Positions 26,601 to 38,600 of a stretch of DNA of 64,000 bases are shown here, piece after piece. The DNA is taken from contig JANJGN010000002.1 in NCBI GenBank assembly GCA_026770705.1, positions 42,594,001 to 42,658,000 of the forward strand, written 5' to 3'. The notes under the pieces are model-generated. The model was not told the DNA's origin, made no database searches, and saw only the letters and a list, made by a program, of their open reading frames with translations. Source of the DNA: Isurus oxyrinchus (lineage: Eukaryota). Each line of letters begins with the position of its first letter. Position 1 is the stretch's first letter. A program made the position numbers and the translations under genes.

Positions 26601-29600
26601 GGGAGTTTTAATACAATTGGTACAGATAGAAATAAAGCATTGCATAAAATATTAAAACAATTATTTTTTGATTAGTCCTCCTCAACAAAAACTATGGACA
26701 CACTGAGAGCAAAGACACTTAGCATGCTAGGATCAGAGTTGCATGATATATATGGTGCTACAGGTATGTTACAGATCAAAGCACAGTAATTCAAATAGCA
26801 AGTGGATAGAAAAGTGGGCAGATAACTTCACAATATTTCGAGGGATCTTAGAAAAGATGAGTTTAGAGATGCAAATGGAGGTGTTAGAGACTGCAAGGTT
26901 TTTTCAGGGTGGGATGATGAAAGTGCCTTTGAAAGGGAGGCACAAGGTTTGAAGAAAGGGAAAATTAAGCAAGTATTGATGCAACAAATAGCTGACTATG
27001 CAGATCTGGGGCAAGACAGAATGGGGCTAGGACAATATAGAAGGCAAGAAGTCAAAGAAGGGAGACTAGGCTGAAGAAGGTGTGCAATAGTGAAGAAGAG
27101 AAGTTTGCAGTTGCTCATAATTACGCTGCATTTAGTCACAGAACATGAGAAGCAATGTAGCTTGAGATAGTTTAGACAAATCTGGAAGTGGACAACCAGG
27201 CTGGTGACGCAGTAGGTGCACACAAGCCTGAGGTTCTCAGATTTGAGGATGTAAAGGTAGCAACTGCATTAGGACATCTGGGAAGAATGAGGGCATGAAA
27301 GATCTGGAGGAGACAAAGGCATCAAAAGAAGGCAAAGCAGTAATAGAGCACAACAACAGAAGCAGTGACTTAATAGTGGGTGGTAGTATTGGTTTAGTGG
27401 AAAGACAGTTACAGAAAATATTGGTTAGGGAGATGCATTAAAATTCTTAAAACATAGTATACTGCTCAACAATTATACATACAAACTTTCTTTAGTAAGT
27501 TGCTTTGTTGCAGGTCTCTTCTGTCCCACATTTTGGCCTTCGAACTAGAATGAAATAAACTAATGATATAAAACTATATACGTATATGTTAGAAATGATA
27601 CAAGTACTGCAGAGCAACATTATCAACATGTCTACAGATATGGGCCTTACCTATCTCCTAGCAGATTAGAATACCGGTGGGAGATGTGGCATTGTGGAAC
27701 AGTTCATGCTAATTTCTGTTTGCATAATGCCACACCAAATGACACTATTCCAAACTATTTGGAAAGAAGTAAAAATAAACAAGTTGTAGTTTGCTAAACA
27801 ATAGCAAAATGAACAAGACAGTGCTCATTGTAAAGAAAAACTAATATCTGAATATTAACTAAGTTTGACTAAACTAGCTAAGAACCTATTCATTCCTCCA
27901 CTAGCAATACAAAATTTTAGACCTGGTCAATTTACTATGTTTTGCGAAAAACAAATACCAATTTATGCCAACACACTACAACTTGAAGATACCCCATTAG
28001 AGTAAATGAGTATTTGCATATTGCATGCTATATTAGGAAATATTTAAAATCATTAAATATTTCAAATGGTTTGCAAATTCACAATCATTTGAATATATAT
28101 CATGCTTTACATTCCCATCATTTTTTCATTACTTTATGCTGTCATCAAAATAAATGTATTTTTACTACAGATCTTGTGCAGAAAGAATTTTTGCAGATTT
28201 CTTGCATTCAACATTGCAAAACAGATGCACAGAAAAATATTTAAAAAAATATAACTCAGTGAATACGACAAGGATCCCTGCAATTGTAACATTGTTATTC
28301 AATATTTAAGAGTGAAGATATTGGAGCAATCCATAAAAGTATTTAGGATCATATTTTACTAAGTGTGGCTTTGTAAAACTGAAATTTTCTTTTTGAAGTA
28401 AGATTTTAAGTTAATACTAATATTAACATATTAGCTATTAATTACATTTTAAGTTCTAAGCTTAAATACAATTGCAAAAGTTTATACAATGAGTTCGACA
28501 TTAGCTTTATTGCATCTCTTGGAATGGTTGTTTACACTTTGTTTAGTTATTAAAATTTGAAATTGAGAGTCACATTTGAAGTTACTTTGATTAACTTAAT
28601 GGCAAAGCATTTTTATTAGAAGTTTAAATGAGATTTGTAGAATTCTATTGGACAGGAAACCATAGATACCATAAAAGCAGCAACCTACTTGTGAAATTTT
28701 CTGTATCTCTGGCTGCGCTAACATTTTATCCTGCAGTGGATGCAGCTGTCCCAAGTGCTGTTGTAAAGTACCAGCAGTTTTGTGAAGTTGACTGTCGCTC
28801 ATTTGCACAGCTGTAATATACAAATATAGAGAACAAAACTTATAAAAGATATTTAAGAAATAGATTTATGCAAACCCTAAAATAGAACTTTATGATTTAA
28901 AGCAAGTTAAATTTGGTTGTACACTAAAGAAATAGGAAGTACATCTTTAATTAGCTGTTCAACTTTTAATTAATTTAATCCCAAGGCATTATATTTTCTT
29001 GAGTTGGTTAAATCTACACACTGTTGCTGAAAATCTCTGAGACATTTGACACATTGGAGGTTTCATGTATTTTTTCACATAGCAAATTTAAAAAAACTTA
29101 ATGAAAACATATCATCTCTCCTGATCACACTGTTCGTTAAAAAATGAAATGTTTTGAGAATTGTTATGTCAATCTCTCTCAACTCAGCTGAAATTCACAA
29201 TGTCACAAGGTGAGAGGCAACAGCAATGTCATGCAACCTTCATATCTCTTCCTTTTACACCCTCTATGAAATGGTGTTACTGTATAAGTGGGTTGAAATA
29301 AACTGCTGCAATTCATTCTGTTCATCTATGTCAAAAAGCATTCCTAAGTTTTCAGGAACAGTTGAATAAGTTAGATACATGCGTATTATAACTTGGAAGA
29401 TGTTACTGCTGTAAATTGCTATACTAACAGATTTTTTATTAATGCATACTACCAATACATTACATACATTGTTTGCCCTTGGTTTTATTTCAGTATTCTT
29501 GAAAAAGGTAGCCAATTTGAATTCTCATGCAAGCTTCGCACCCGAGAGCCACAAATTTCCCGATCAGGATTGGAACACCTACTTCTGACCCTGATCACTT

Positions 29601-32600
29601 ACTTTCCTCCATTTTTCTGGGCAATCTTCCAATGGAGGATCCTTCCAAACTGACTCAGCGCAGGAAACCTCGGAGAAGGGGGAAGCAGTGGAGAGAATCT
29701 GCACAGAAGCCACACTGCCCCTAAGTATAACACTAGCTGCTATATTCTAGTAAGTAGTGTTTAAATATTCCAAAGCTTCTTTGAAAAGTTACGGAGAGCA
29801 GACAAGTGTGTAAGGGGGTAGGATGGATGAGGCAAGGGGGTAAGGTGGGTAAGATAAGTGGGTGAATTAAGTGGGTAAGGGATTAGAGTGGTTGAGGGGT
29901 TAGGGTGGGCAAAAGAGTAGGATAAGGTTAAGTGGGTAAAAGGGTGTAGGTAAGGTAAATGGGTAAGACGGTGGGGTGGGTAAGGTAAGTGGGTAAGGGT
30001 TTTGTATATGGTGGCTGCTGGGTAGCGTGCTAAGTTCAGGTCAGGTCAGGGGGGTGGAGTCAGGTATTGGGATCAGGTCAGGGACGGAGTCAGGGGTGAG
30101 TTGGGTGGTGGATGCTAGTCAGGTCAGTTTGAGGGGTTCAGTTGTATAGTTACCCAGGAGTTAAACTGGGATTTTTCTGTCTAACATTTCCTGGGTAACC
30201 ATCCAGGTAAGTCAAAACCAGCCAAAGTCTCTGATTCTAATTCAGTGTTGGAGACTTTTTTGGAGGATCCCAGGGAGCAGGGGGATTGGAAGTTCAAACT
30301 TACTAGGCAATTCCCATGGAATCACTGTGTGGGGGACTTCTTAGGGGTCCCGTAGCGCATCTCAGGGGGGTACGTCCGCTCACTTGACTATCCAAAGACC
30401 AGAAGATCTGGGCCATTAAGTCATGTTTTCTCTATTCAGGTGCTTAATAGTCTACTGTGTATTTCCAACAATATATACGTTTGCAGATTTACAGCATGTT
30501 CATTTCTTTTACCTCTACTTCAGTTCTAGGTGACTCAATATAACATTACAACAGTATATTCTTTATACACGCACACTCCATTGTTTACAAACTTTTTGAG
30601 ACTTATTCTTAATATAGTAGAAAAACCAGGCATTGGGTTTGTTGCTATTTCTGTCCACATGAATACAATGAAAAGTTCCTTTACTTACTCAGACATGTAG
30701 CTTTGCCTAGAATTCCTGCATTGCTCAATATGCTGGGTATATGGGGCTGTCTTATGCCATCACCAGAATGCGCCTTTGGAACAGAACTGGGCAGAGTATG
30801 ACTGCCAAAGAGAGAAGCTGAAGCTTGATTGGAGAGTTGTCCCAAGCTAGCCAAGGAGTGACTAGTGACTGGTTGGTGCTTACTTGTTGCCATCATCTTC
30901 TTTGGAGCCTGCAATCATGATATTGTATAAATAAAACTGTACAATGAATGCATCTAAGCATCCAACAATAAGCATGAACAATTCACACAATTACACAACT
31001 GCATATGCTGTCCCAATTTAGGATAATTAATACAGCTACAATTCTGATATATTAATTTGTATATATGCTTTTTCGTAAAATTGAATCAGTAAATATTTGA
31101 AACAAATTCTGCAATAGTTAGTGAAAGATTTTTTAAACTAATTAGGTAATATTTTCGTTCTTGTTCTGGCTTAACTGAAATAATTATAAATTCAAGTATG
31201 TGGAGGCATAGACATACTCCAGATAAACTTATTGTTGAAATTAAAAAGTCAATTTTGCACAGCAATCTATTATAAAAATATAATACAATTTGAAAGTTAA
31301 TAACAGTACCACAAATGGTTTTGACTGTGAAATTCGATAACTTCCTGAACCAGGAGCAGAAATCACGATGCTCAATTAACCTCCGCCTGTTGCTTCCAAT
31401 GCATGCACCAGACCAACTTCATGCTACCTATTCATTACCATGATTGCAGCCTGCAGCCAGCACCAACCGGCAGGGGTCCCAAAATTATGAGAGGCTAACA
31501 CAAGTTAAATTTAACCTGCACTTCTTAAAGAGGAGGTGCATCATGGCTAGAGCAGTTGATGAATGTCATTCCACAATGGATTCCGACCTGCGAAGAAGAA
31601 TGGTATGCCATTCAAGAGAGCAGGCTCCCAAATATTCAGAGCTTATATTAAAAGCCTTATTCAAGAAGTGTGTTCTATCCTCTGGGGTCAGGAGGTCCTC
31701 TAGGCAAAGTAATGAAAAAGCACTGGAAGCAATGTAAAGTGACATGGAGGAGTCCCGGCACCAACTTGGCACAGGGTTTGATGTGGAGATTGAAATCCTT
31801 CCTTTTCAGCATGGAAGTGGCAGCCAACTTCATTAGTGCATTTGTAGATCAAACCATGCAGCATCTGACAGCCAATATCTCAGCTTCCATTGCAGCACAA
31901 GCAGAAAACAGCCAATGTCTGGTGCTGCCATGCAAGCTCTGAACACTAGTATCCACAACCATGATGGCAGCAGTCTAAGGGACTTGCAGGGTGTCACAAA
32001 CATCCAGCATTCTGTCCTCCAAAACATTACTAGGATTGGTGAGCCACCATCCTGGGGAGTGGCAGTGGCTCTCTGAAGCACAAACCTCTCAGGAACACCA
32101 TTCGTCCTCTCAGCATTGTGGCCCCTGCTGTTGATTGTCAGCCAGTCAGCCCAAACAGTTGCCACCCATGCCGAGATAGTGCAGTCTGAAGCTGGACCTT
32201 CCAATCCATGTAGTCTCTCCTGCTGAAAGCCAGCAGCCTTTCACCAGCCATACTGTAGCCATTGGTTTGGACTGCATAGGAACACTAGACACAAAGATGA
32301 TAGGCACTAAGGGAATACAGAAGGATGATTAGTTGAATTTTGTATGAAATATGGCATGGTTTGATTCAGAAATTCAGCTTAGAATATTTGTTTTGTGGTG
32401 CCATTTATTTTTGCATTGTAACCAACTGAATGCTATGATGGTCAGCAATGTAGGGGCGATAAGGTGTGAGGCTGCTGGTAATGGGACTTGGGGCTGCATT
32501 TACTGGTACTGCAATTGGGAGAGTTGTTCATGATCAGCCAGCCAAATTGTGGCTATGTTGCCTCTTCCCCCTTCTACTCTTCAGCTGCTCTTTGTATAGA

Positions 32601-35600
32601 TGGCGACAAGGGCTGAGTCTTTACAATGGCAAAGTTGCGCAGTATACACCTGGCCACTACAAATTCTGATAGGCAGTCTGCCAAGAACTGTAGGGGTCCT
32701 CCAAAGCTTTCATTGTATGCAGGCTGCCCACATGTGCATAGGTTGTGCATCTGAGTAATGAAGCCACGTCATCAGTAGAAAGCCCTTGATTTTTGATTTA
32801 TCATGGTGGCTCAAATACATAAGGAATAGCAGGCTGCCGCAGAATTAAGGCATTATGGCTGTTGCCAAGGTACTGGGCCTAGACCAGCATGATTTGCTGA
32901 GTAGGGATGCATCCCAGCTGGACATCGAGGGAGTGGAATCGCTCTCAGTTGCAGTATATCTCAGAGTTGGCATGTGGTGTCTGCAAAGTGATATGCTTGC
33001 AGTCAATGGTACCCTACACCATGGAAGTCTGTATCTTAGCGAAACTGCATGCTCACTCCATCTGCTGTTCTTTGGCAAGAGAGAATAAAATGTAGCGCTC
33101 TTTGAATAGAGAGCACAAGTGACCTCTGGACACAGCAGTGGGCAGCAAACTGTAGATGTTGCAAATGTCTCTTGATCCAGCCTGGAAGAAATCTGACAAA
33201 TAAAAATTCATGGTCGCAGTCACCTCCATAAGCCATTGGCAATGCAGTCCTTGCCCTGCTCTAAGGTTGCAGTTGTGGCTGCCAAAGTTGGCAGATTTCA
33301 GTGTGAAGGTCATCAGTGAAGCACAGACATCTCACACACTGCTCCTCGCTGAGGTTCAGGAGATTTGTTCCCTGAAAGCTCTGGAGGTACTGCCCGGGGA
33401 GCCCTACTCCCCTTCCTCTTCCAAGCAGGTTGCTTTCTTTGTGTGTCTCTATTCATTCTCCAAGTCAAGCAGTACTCCAATGGGAATGCCAGGTACTGCA
33501 CCCATGTCTGGGAGCAACTGGTTTACGCAGAAGCCTTACAGTCAGGGCCAACTCCTTCAGCACCTGCCACATCATCTCCTATAGACTTTAGGAACTTACT
33601 GAACAAAACACTTGTACAATCACAACAACAGCCTGTAGAAGTCAATCCATAACTAACCTGTAAGTAATTGATGATCCCTTAAAATAGTGTTGATGGGGGT
33701 GTGGGGGGATGCTACTTGCTGCTGAATCAGTCGTACATGATTAAGAGACAGGGTTAGCTGGAGGGTACAGCAGCAAGATGACAGCCATGGCATCAAATCA
33801 ACATTACACACTGATTGATGTCATAACCTGCTTATTTGTGTACTTTCAGCCAATATTCATTGTGCGCATGCTAACACCCTCCTCAATCTGGCATCCAGTG
33901 TGACTGTCACTAGAAGTGCAGCATTTTAGACCTTTAAGGCCACTCACAGCAGCGGTTCTCTTTAGTTTTGTACATTTTAAACGAGCCTAAAGGCGAAATT
34001 CAAATTCAGCTGGGACACAAAATGGGGAGTAGGAAATCAGTCGCCCAATATACAACCCATTGTTTCGTTGCCACCTGTTTTGCACCCCCATCAACTTTGA
34101 ATTTCACCTCCCTCTCTTTTTAGATCTACTTACATCCAACAAAATTAAGGCATCTGCATTAGGGAATGAAGTCAAACAAATGAATTCCAGGTTAACCACA
34201 ATTACTATACCAGAATTCTGACAGAGAATTATACAGAACAGTCAGTTGCCAGATTGGTGTGGCATAAGTTGTAACTTGGAAGAACTAAAAATGATTTTTT
34301 TTAAAAACATTACGGGATGTAGGCATCACTGGCTAGGGAAGCACTTATTGACCATTCCTAATTGCCCTTGAGAAGGTGATGGTGAGCTGCTTTCTTGAAC
34401 CACTGCAGTCCCTGTAGTGTAGATACACCCACGGTGCTGTTAGGGAAGCGAGTTCCAGGATTTTGACCCAGTGACAGTGAAGGAATGGCGATACATTTCC
34501 AAGTCAGGATGTTGAGTGGCTTGGAGGGGAACTTCCAGATTATGGTGTTCCCATGTGTTTGCTGCCCTTGTCCTTCTAGATGGTAGTGGTTATGGGTTTG
34601 GAAGGTGCTGCCTAAGGAGCCTTGGTGAGTTTCTGCAGTGCATCTTGTAGATGGTACATACTGCTGCCACTGTTTGTCGGTGGCAGGGGGAGTGAATATT
34701 CATGGAAGAGGTGCCGATCAAGCGGGGGGCTGCTTTGACCTGGATAGTGTTGAGCTTCCTGAGTGTTGTTAGAACTGTACTCATTGAGGCAAGTGGACAG
34801 TATTCCATCACACTTCTGACTTGTGTCTTATAGATGGTGGACAGGCTTTGGGGAGTCAGGAGGTGAGTTACTCACCACAGGGTTCCTAGCTTCTGACCTG
34901 CGCTTGTAGCCACAGTATTTATATGGCTGGCCCAGTTCAGTTTCTGATCAATGGTAGCCCCCAGGATGTTGATAGTGGGGGATTCAGCAATGGTAATGCC
35001 ATTGAATTTCATGGGGTGATGATTAGATTCTCTCTTGTTGGAGATGGTCACTGCCTGGCACTTGTTTGGCGATAATGTTACTTGCCAATTGTCAGCCCAA
35101 GCCTGGATATTGTCCAGATCTTGCTGCATTTGGACATGGGCTGCTTCAATATCTGAGGAGTCACAAATGGTGCTGAACATTGTGCAATCATCAGCGAACA
35201 TCCCCACTTCTGACCTTATGATGGAAGGAAGGTCATTGATGAAGCAGCTGAAGATGGTTGGGTCTAGGACACTACCCAGAGGAACTCCTGCAGTGATGTC
35301 ATGGAACTGGGATGACTGACCTCCAACAACCATAACCATATTCCTTTATGCTAGGTGTTACTCCAACCAGCAGAAGGTTTTCCCCCTGATTCCCATTAGC
35401 TCCAGTTTTGCTAGGGCTCCTTGATGCCACACTCAGTCAAATGCTGGCTTGATGTCAAGGGCAGTCACTCTCACCTCACCTCAAATGTAAAGAAAAACTC
35501 CAGAAACATATTTTAAAAAGAAAATTAAAGAGGATTCCATGTGAAAGACAACAGTAAATAGTGAAAGTTAAGTTGGCATAAAGCTGAACATTAAAATAAT

Positions 35601-38600
35601 GAAATCAGTATGCTAAGAAAGTTCTATGTTATTCATGTTCACGAAGATACAGTAAATGTCAAAATAGAAACATTAAATCATTTTAATTTATATTGAAGGA
35701 TAATGCATAATACATTGCAGAATCAGGGTCCAGCTAGAGAAATGTTGAGAACAATCTGTGTTTACAGTAAGTTACCGATATTTATCAAGTGGTCTAATAA
35801 GTAAAAATTTCACCAACCCTGTTGTAATCATCTGATTAGAATGCGATTTGAATTTTCTAGAAGTCCAGAAATCAATCAAGCCTCTAAAAAATATTTCAGT
35901 TTATGCCCATTTCGAGACGAATAATTTAATGAAAGATTCCTTAGCTCTTCCTTGTTTCTAGTTTTGAAAGTACAATAATATGTGTGTATATGGAATTTTG
36001 CACCAACACAGACAACAAATTATTGTACGTACTTTTCACTGCTGTACTAGCTCAGACAACGTGATGAAAAAGATTTTTCTCTGGTAAAGCATTTCACTTC
36101 TTAAAAACGTATCACTGATAAATTTAATACATTGATTCATCACCTACTTGCGAGTACAGAAATTGTTGCTGATTGCTGGTTTGCGTATTTGGCATCTCTG
36201 TCCGGTTAAATACGACCTGTCGTGAGGACTGCATTACACTTGCATTTTGGTGATAAGGATTGGAAATCCGGTAAATTTGATTCATATCCAACTGTTGCTG
36301 GCACTGTGGTTGCTGCTGTGCAGGCTGTACAGTCACAAGAGATTGCTCTCCCTGACAAACCATTACAATGTTACCACTGGAACATGTTTGTGTGACATGG
36401 TCACCACCGCTTGCTGATGATATTATAGGCTGTACAGTAGACACATAGCTGGAGCACATTGAACTAGGTGTATTTGAAACAGTAAGCTGGTTTTGCAATG
36501 ACCTTCCTTGGACTGCATTCTGCCCAGATTGTTTAAATATTCCTGTATTAATGCTTGAGCCAGCAGTGGGTTGGACACCTTGACTGGTTGTAAGATTAAA
36601 TACCATCGGTGATGCCTGGTGGAGTGGAACCTGCCCAGTTATGAGCTGCGATGAGCCATGGTTTGTTAATAGCTGCCCTCCTGAAGCATTAACAACTTGT
36701 TCCATACCACCCTGGCCAGAAACCAACTGTCCAGCAGAATTCTGATTATTCAAGAATTGTCCTGAAAAAGACTGGGTAGCCAGCATCGTACCGGAAGAAT
36801 TCCGATTCGTTAGAACACATTCAGAAGCTACTTGGCTAGAGACCAGTTGGGTGGGTACTGTTCGATTTTGAAGAATCTGTCCATTTGCAGTCTGAAGGTG
36901 CTGAACAGTTGAATTCATATTTAATGCTAGGCTGGTAGGAATGAAAAACTGGTTCTGGGATACAAGAGGTTCATGTTGTCCAATAGGAGGACGAATTATG
37001 ATACTGTTTCCAGTTTGATTTAAAACTTGTGGTCTACCGGACTTTCCACGTACCTGTTGCTTTGTAATATTAACACCCAATGCTGGGCCCACTGATGAAC
37101 TCTGAGAAGAGTTTGTGGAGCAAAAAGGAAGGCCATGCTGCATTTGCTGTTGCTGTAATGCAACTTCATTTTGGAGTTTGAACGCTGTCTGCAATTCCAA
37201 GTTGTTGACATTGTAAACTGTTTGTTGCTGATTCATCTGAGCAGGCTTAGGTTGAATACTAAGTGAAATTTTAGACTGGCTTGGTACAGGGCCTCTTTGA
37301 ATGATAATATTATGCAAAGGCAGTGCTGTTTGAATATTATTACCACTAAAGTGAACAGACATAGGTTGTGGTACCTGACCAATGTTAGAGGTCCCATAGT
37401 AAGTGTTTCCATTAAGTGCTGTCACTCTTCTCTGAAGCAACAATCCACCAGTCTCACTTAAGCCAGACGAATTCAAAGACATTTGTTGCTGGTTGGGAAG
37501 AGATGACATATTGTAACCACCTAGAGGCACCGAGGTTAGAGCAGTTGGCTGTCCACTGCTCTTCGATATAAACTGAGACCCTTCAAGGTGATTAAGAGTC
37601 ATTACAGGTTGCTGAGCATCTAATGAACTAATCAGCTGAATTGGTCCAATGCCACCAGCTTGGTTGCTGCTGGGTACATGCTGAATGGCAACACTGTTGA
37701 TGCCCATTTGTTGAAAAAACCCAGGCTGTACATTAGCTTCATTATTTACAAAGGGAGTTCGCAAAACCTGCTGCAAAATGGGAGCCGGTGTTACATTCAT
37801 CTGCTGCTGTGTCAGGCCTCTTACTGCTGAAGTGCCAGAAGATAACTGTGAAACCTGAGAAAAGGACGCAGCATGAAGCTGAGTTTGAGAAAACTCCTGG
37901 GTGGAAGTAATACCGGCTGCCAAATCTGCTTCCTCCTGTAAGGTTTGTTGAGTGATATTGGCCTCTTGAAGAGACTTCTGCAGAATGTCAAAAGGCTGGT
38001 CCCCATTTAAGTTTGAGAGAGGTGAAGAGGTATCCAGTTCCTCCAAAACATTCAGACCACTTGCTAATTGCAGTCTTGAGTTAGATTCTTCTCCAATGTG
38101 GTTATGTGTATCTTTAGTAGAAGAGGTAGGATCAGCACTCTGAAAAATGAAAGTTGGAACATAATGTAATCATATGTCTAACAAACCTGAAACAAACAAC
38201 TAGGCTAATTTTTCTTTTGAGAAATTGAGTTTTGGGCAGAATTAGAAAGATTTTAGAAATAGCTGTTAGCAAAAGTTAAAACGAGATGAAATTCCAAGGT
38301 CCTTGCTCCATCTGTGGCAGAGTGGGATTTACGGGTGTCCATGGCCAGCACCCAAAACTCCATTCCACATAGTAAGGATTGCATCATAACCATAATTTGG
38401 AGTGCGGGAGGGAGGTGGTATGGTTGGGCATGGGGGTGCAGCCCGCTCCTACAAGTGCACTTTCTCTGTTTCGCCAGCAGAAGTCAGAATGGCTTTTACC
38501 CTCTCTACAAGACTTCAAAGTCTGGGAAGGGACAAAGTACTGAGTGAGGTCATTTTGTTATGCTCCTAACTAAGTAAAATACAATATTCTTAAAGGTAAT

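Noticed and set aside
29810-30010. Interstitial telomeric repeat
   Set aside because: The units are mostly GGGTAA/GGTAAG with irregular spacing, not tandem TTAGGG.
36124-38046. 640-aa ORF as a standalone gene
   Set aside because: It is exon 4 of BICRAL. The TTG start is internal, and the terminal VGDESMY is read-through past the donor at 36148.
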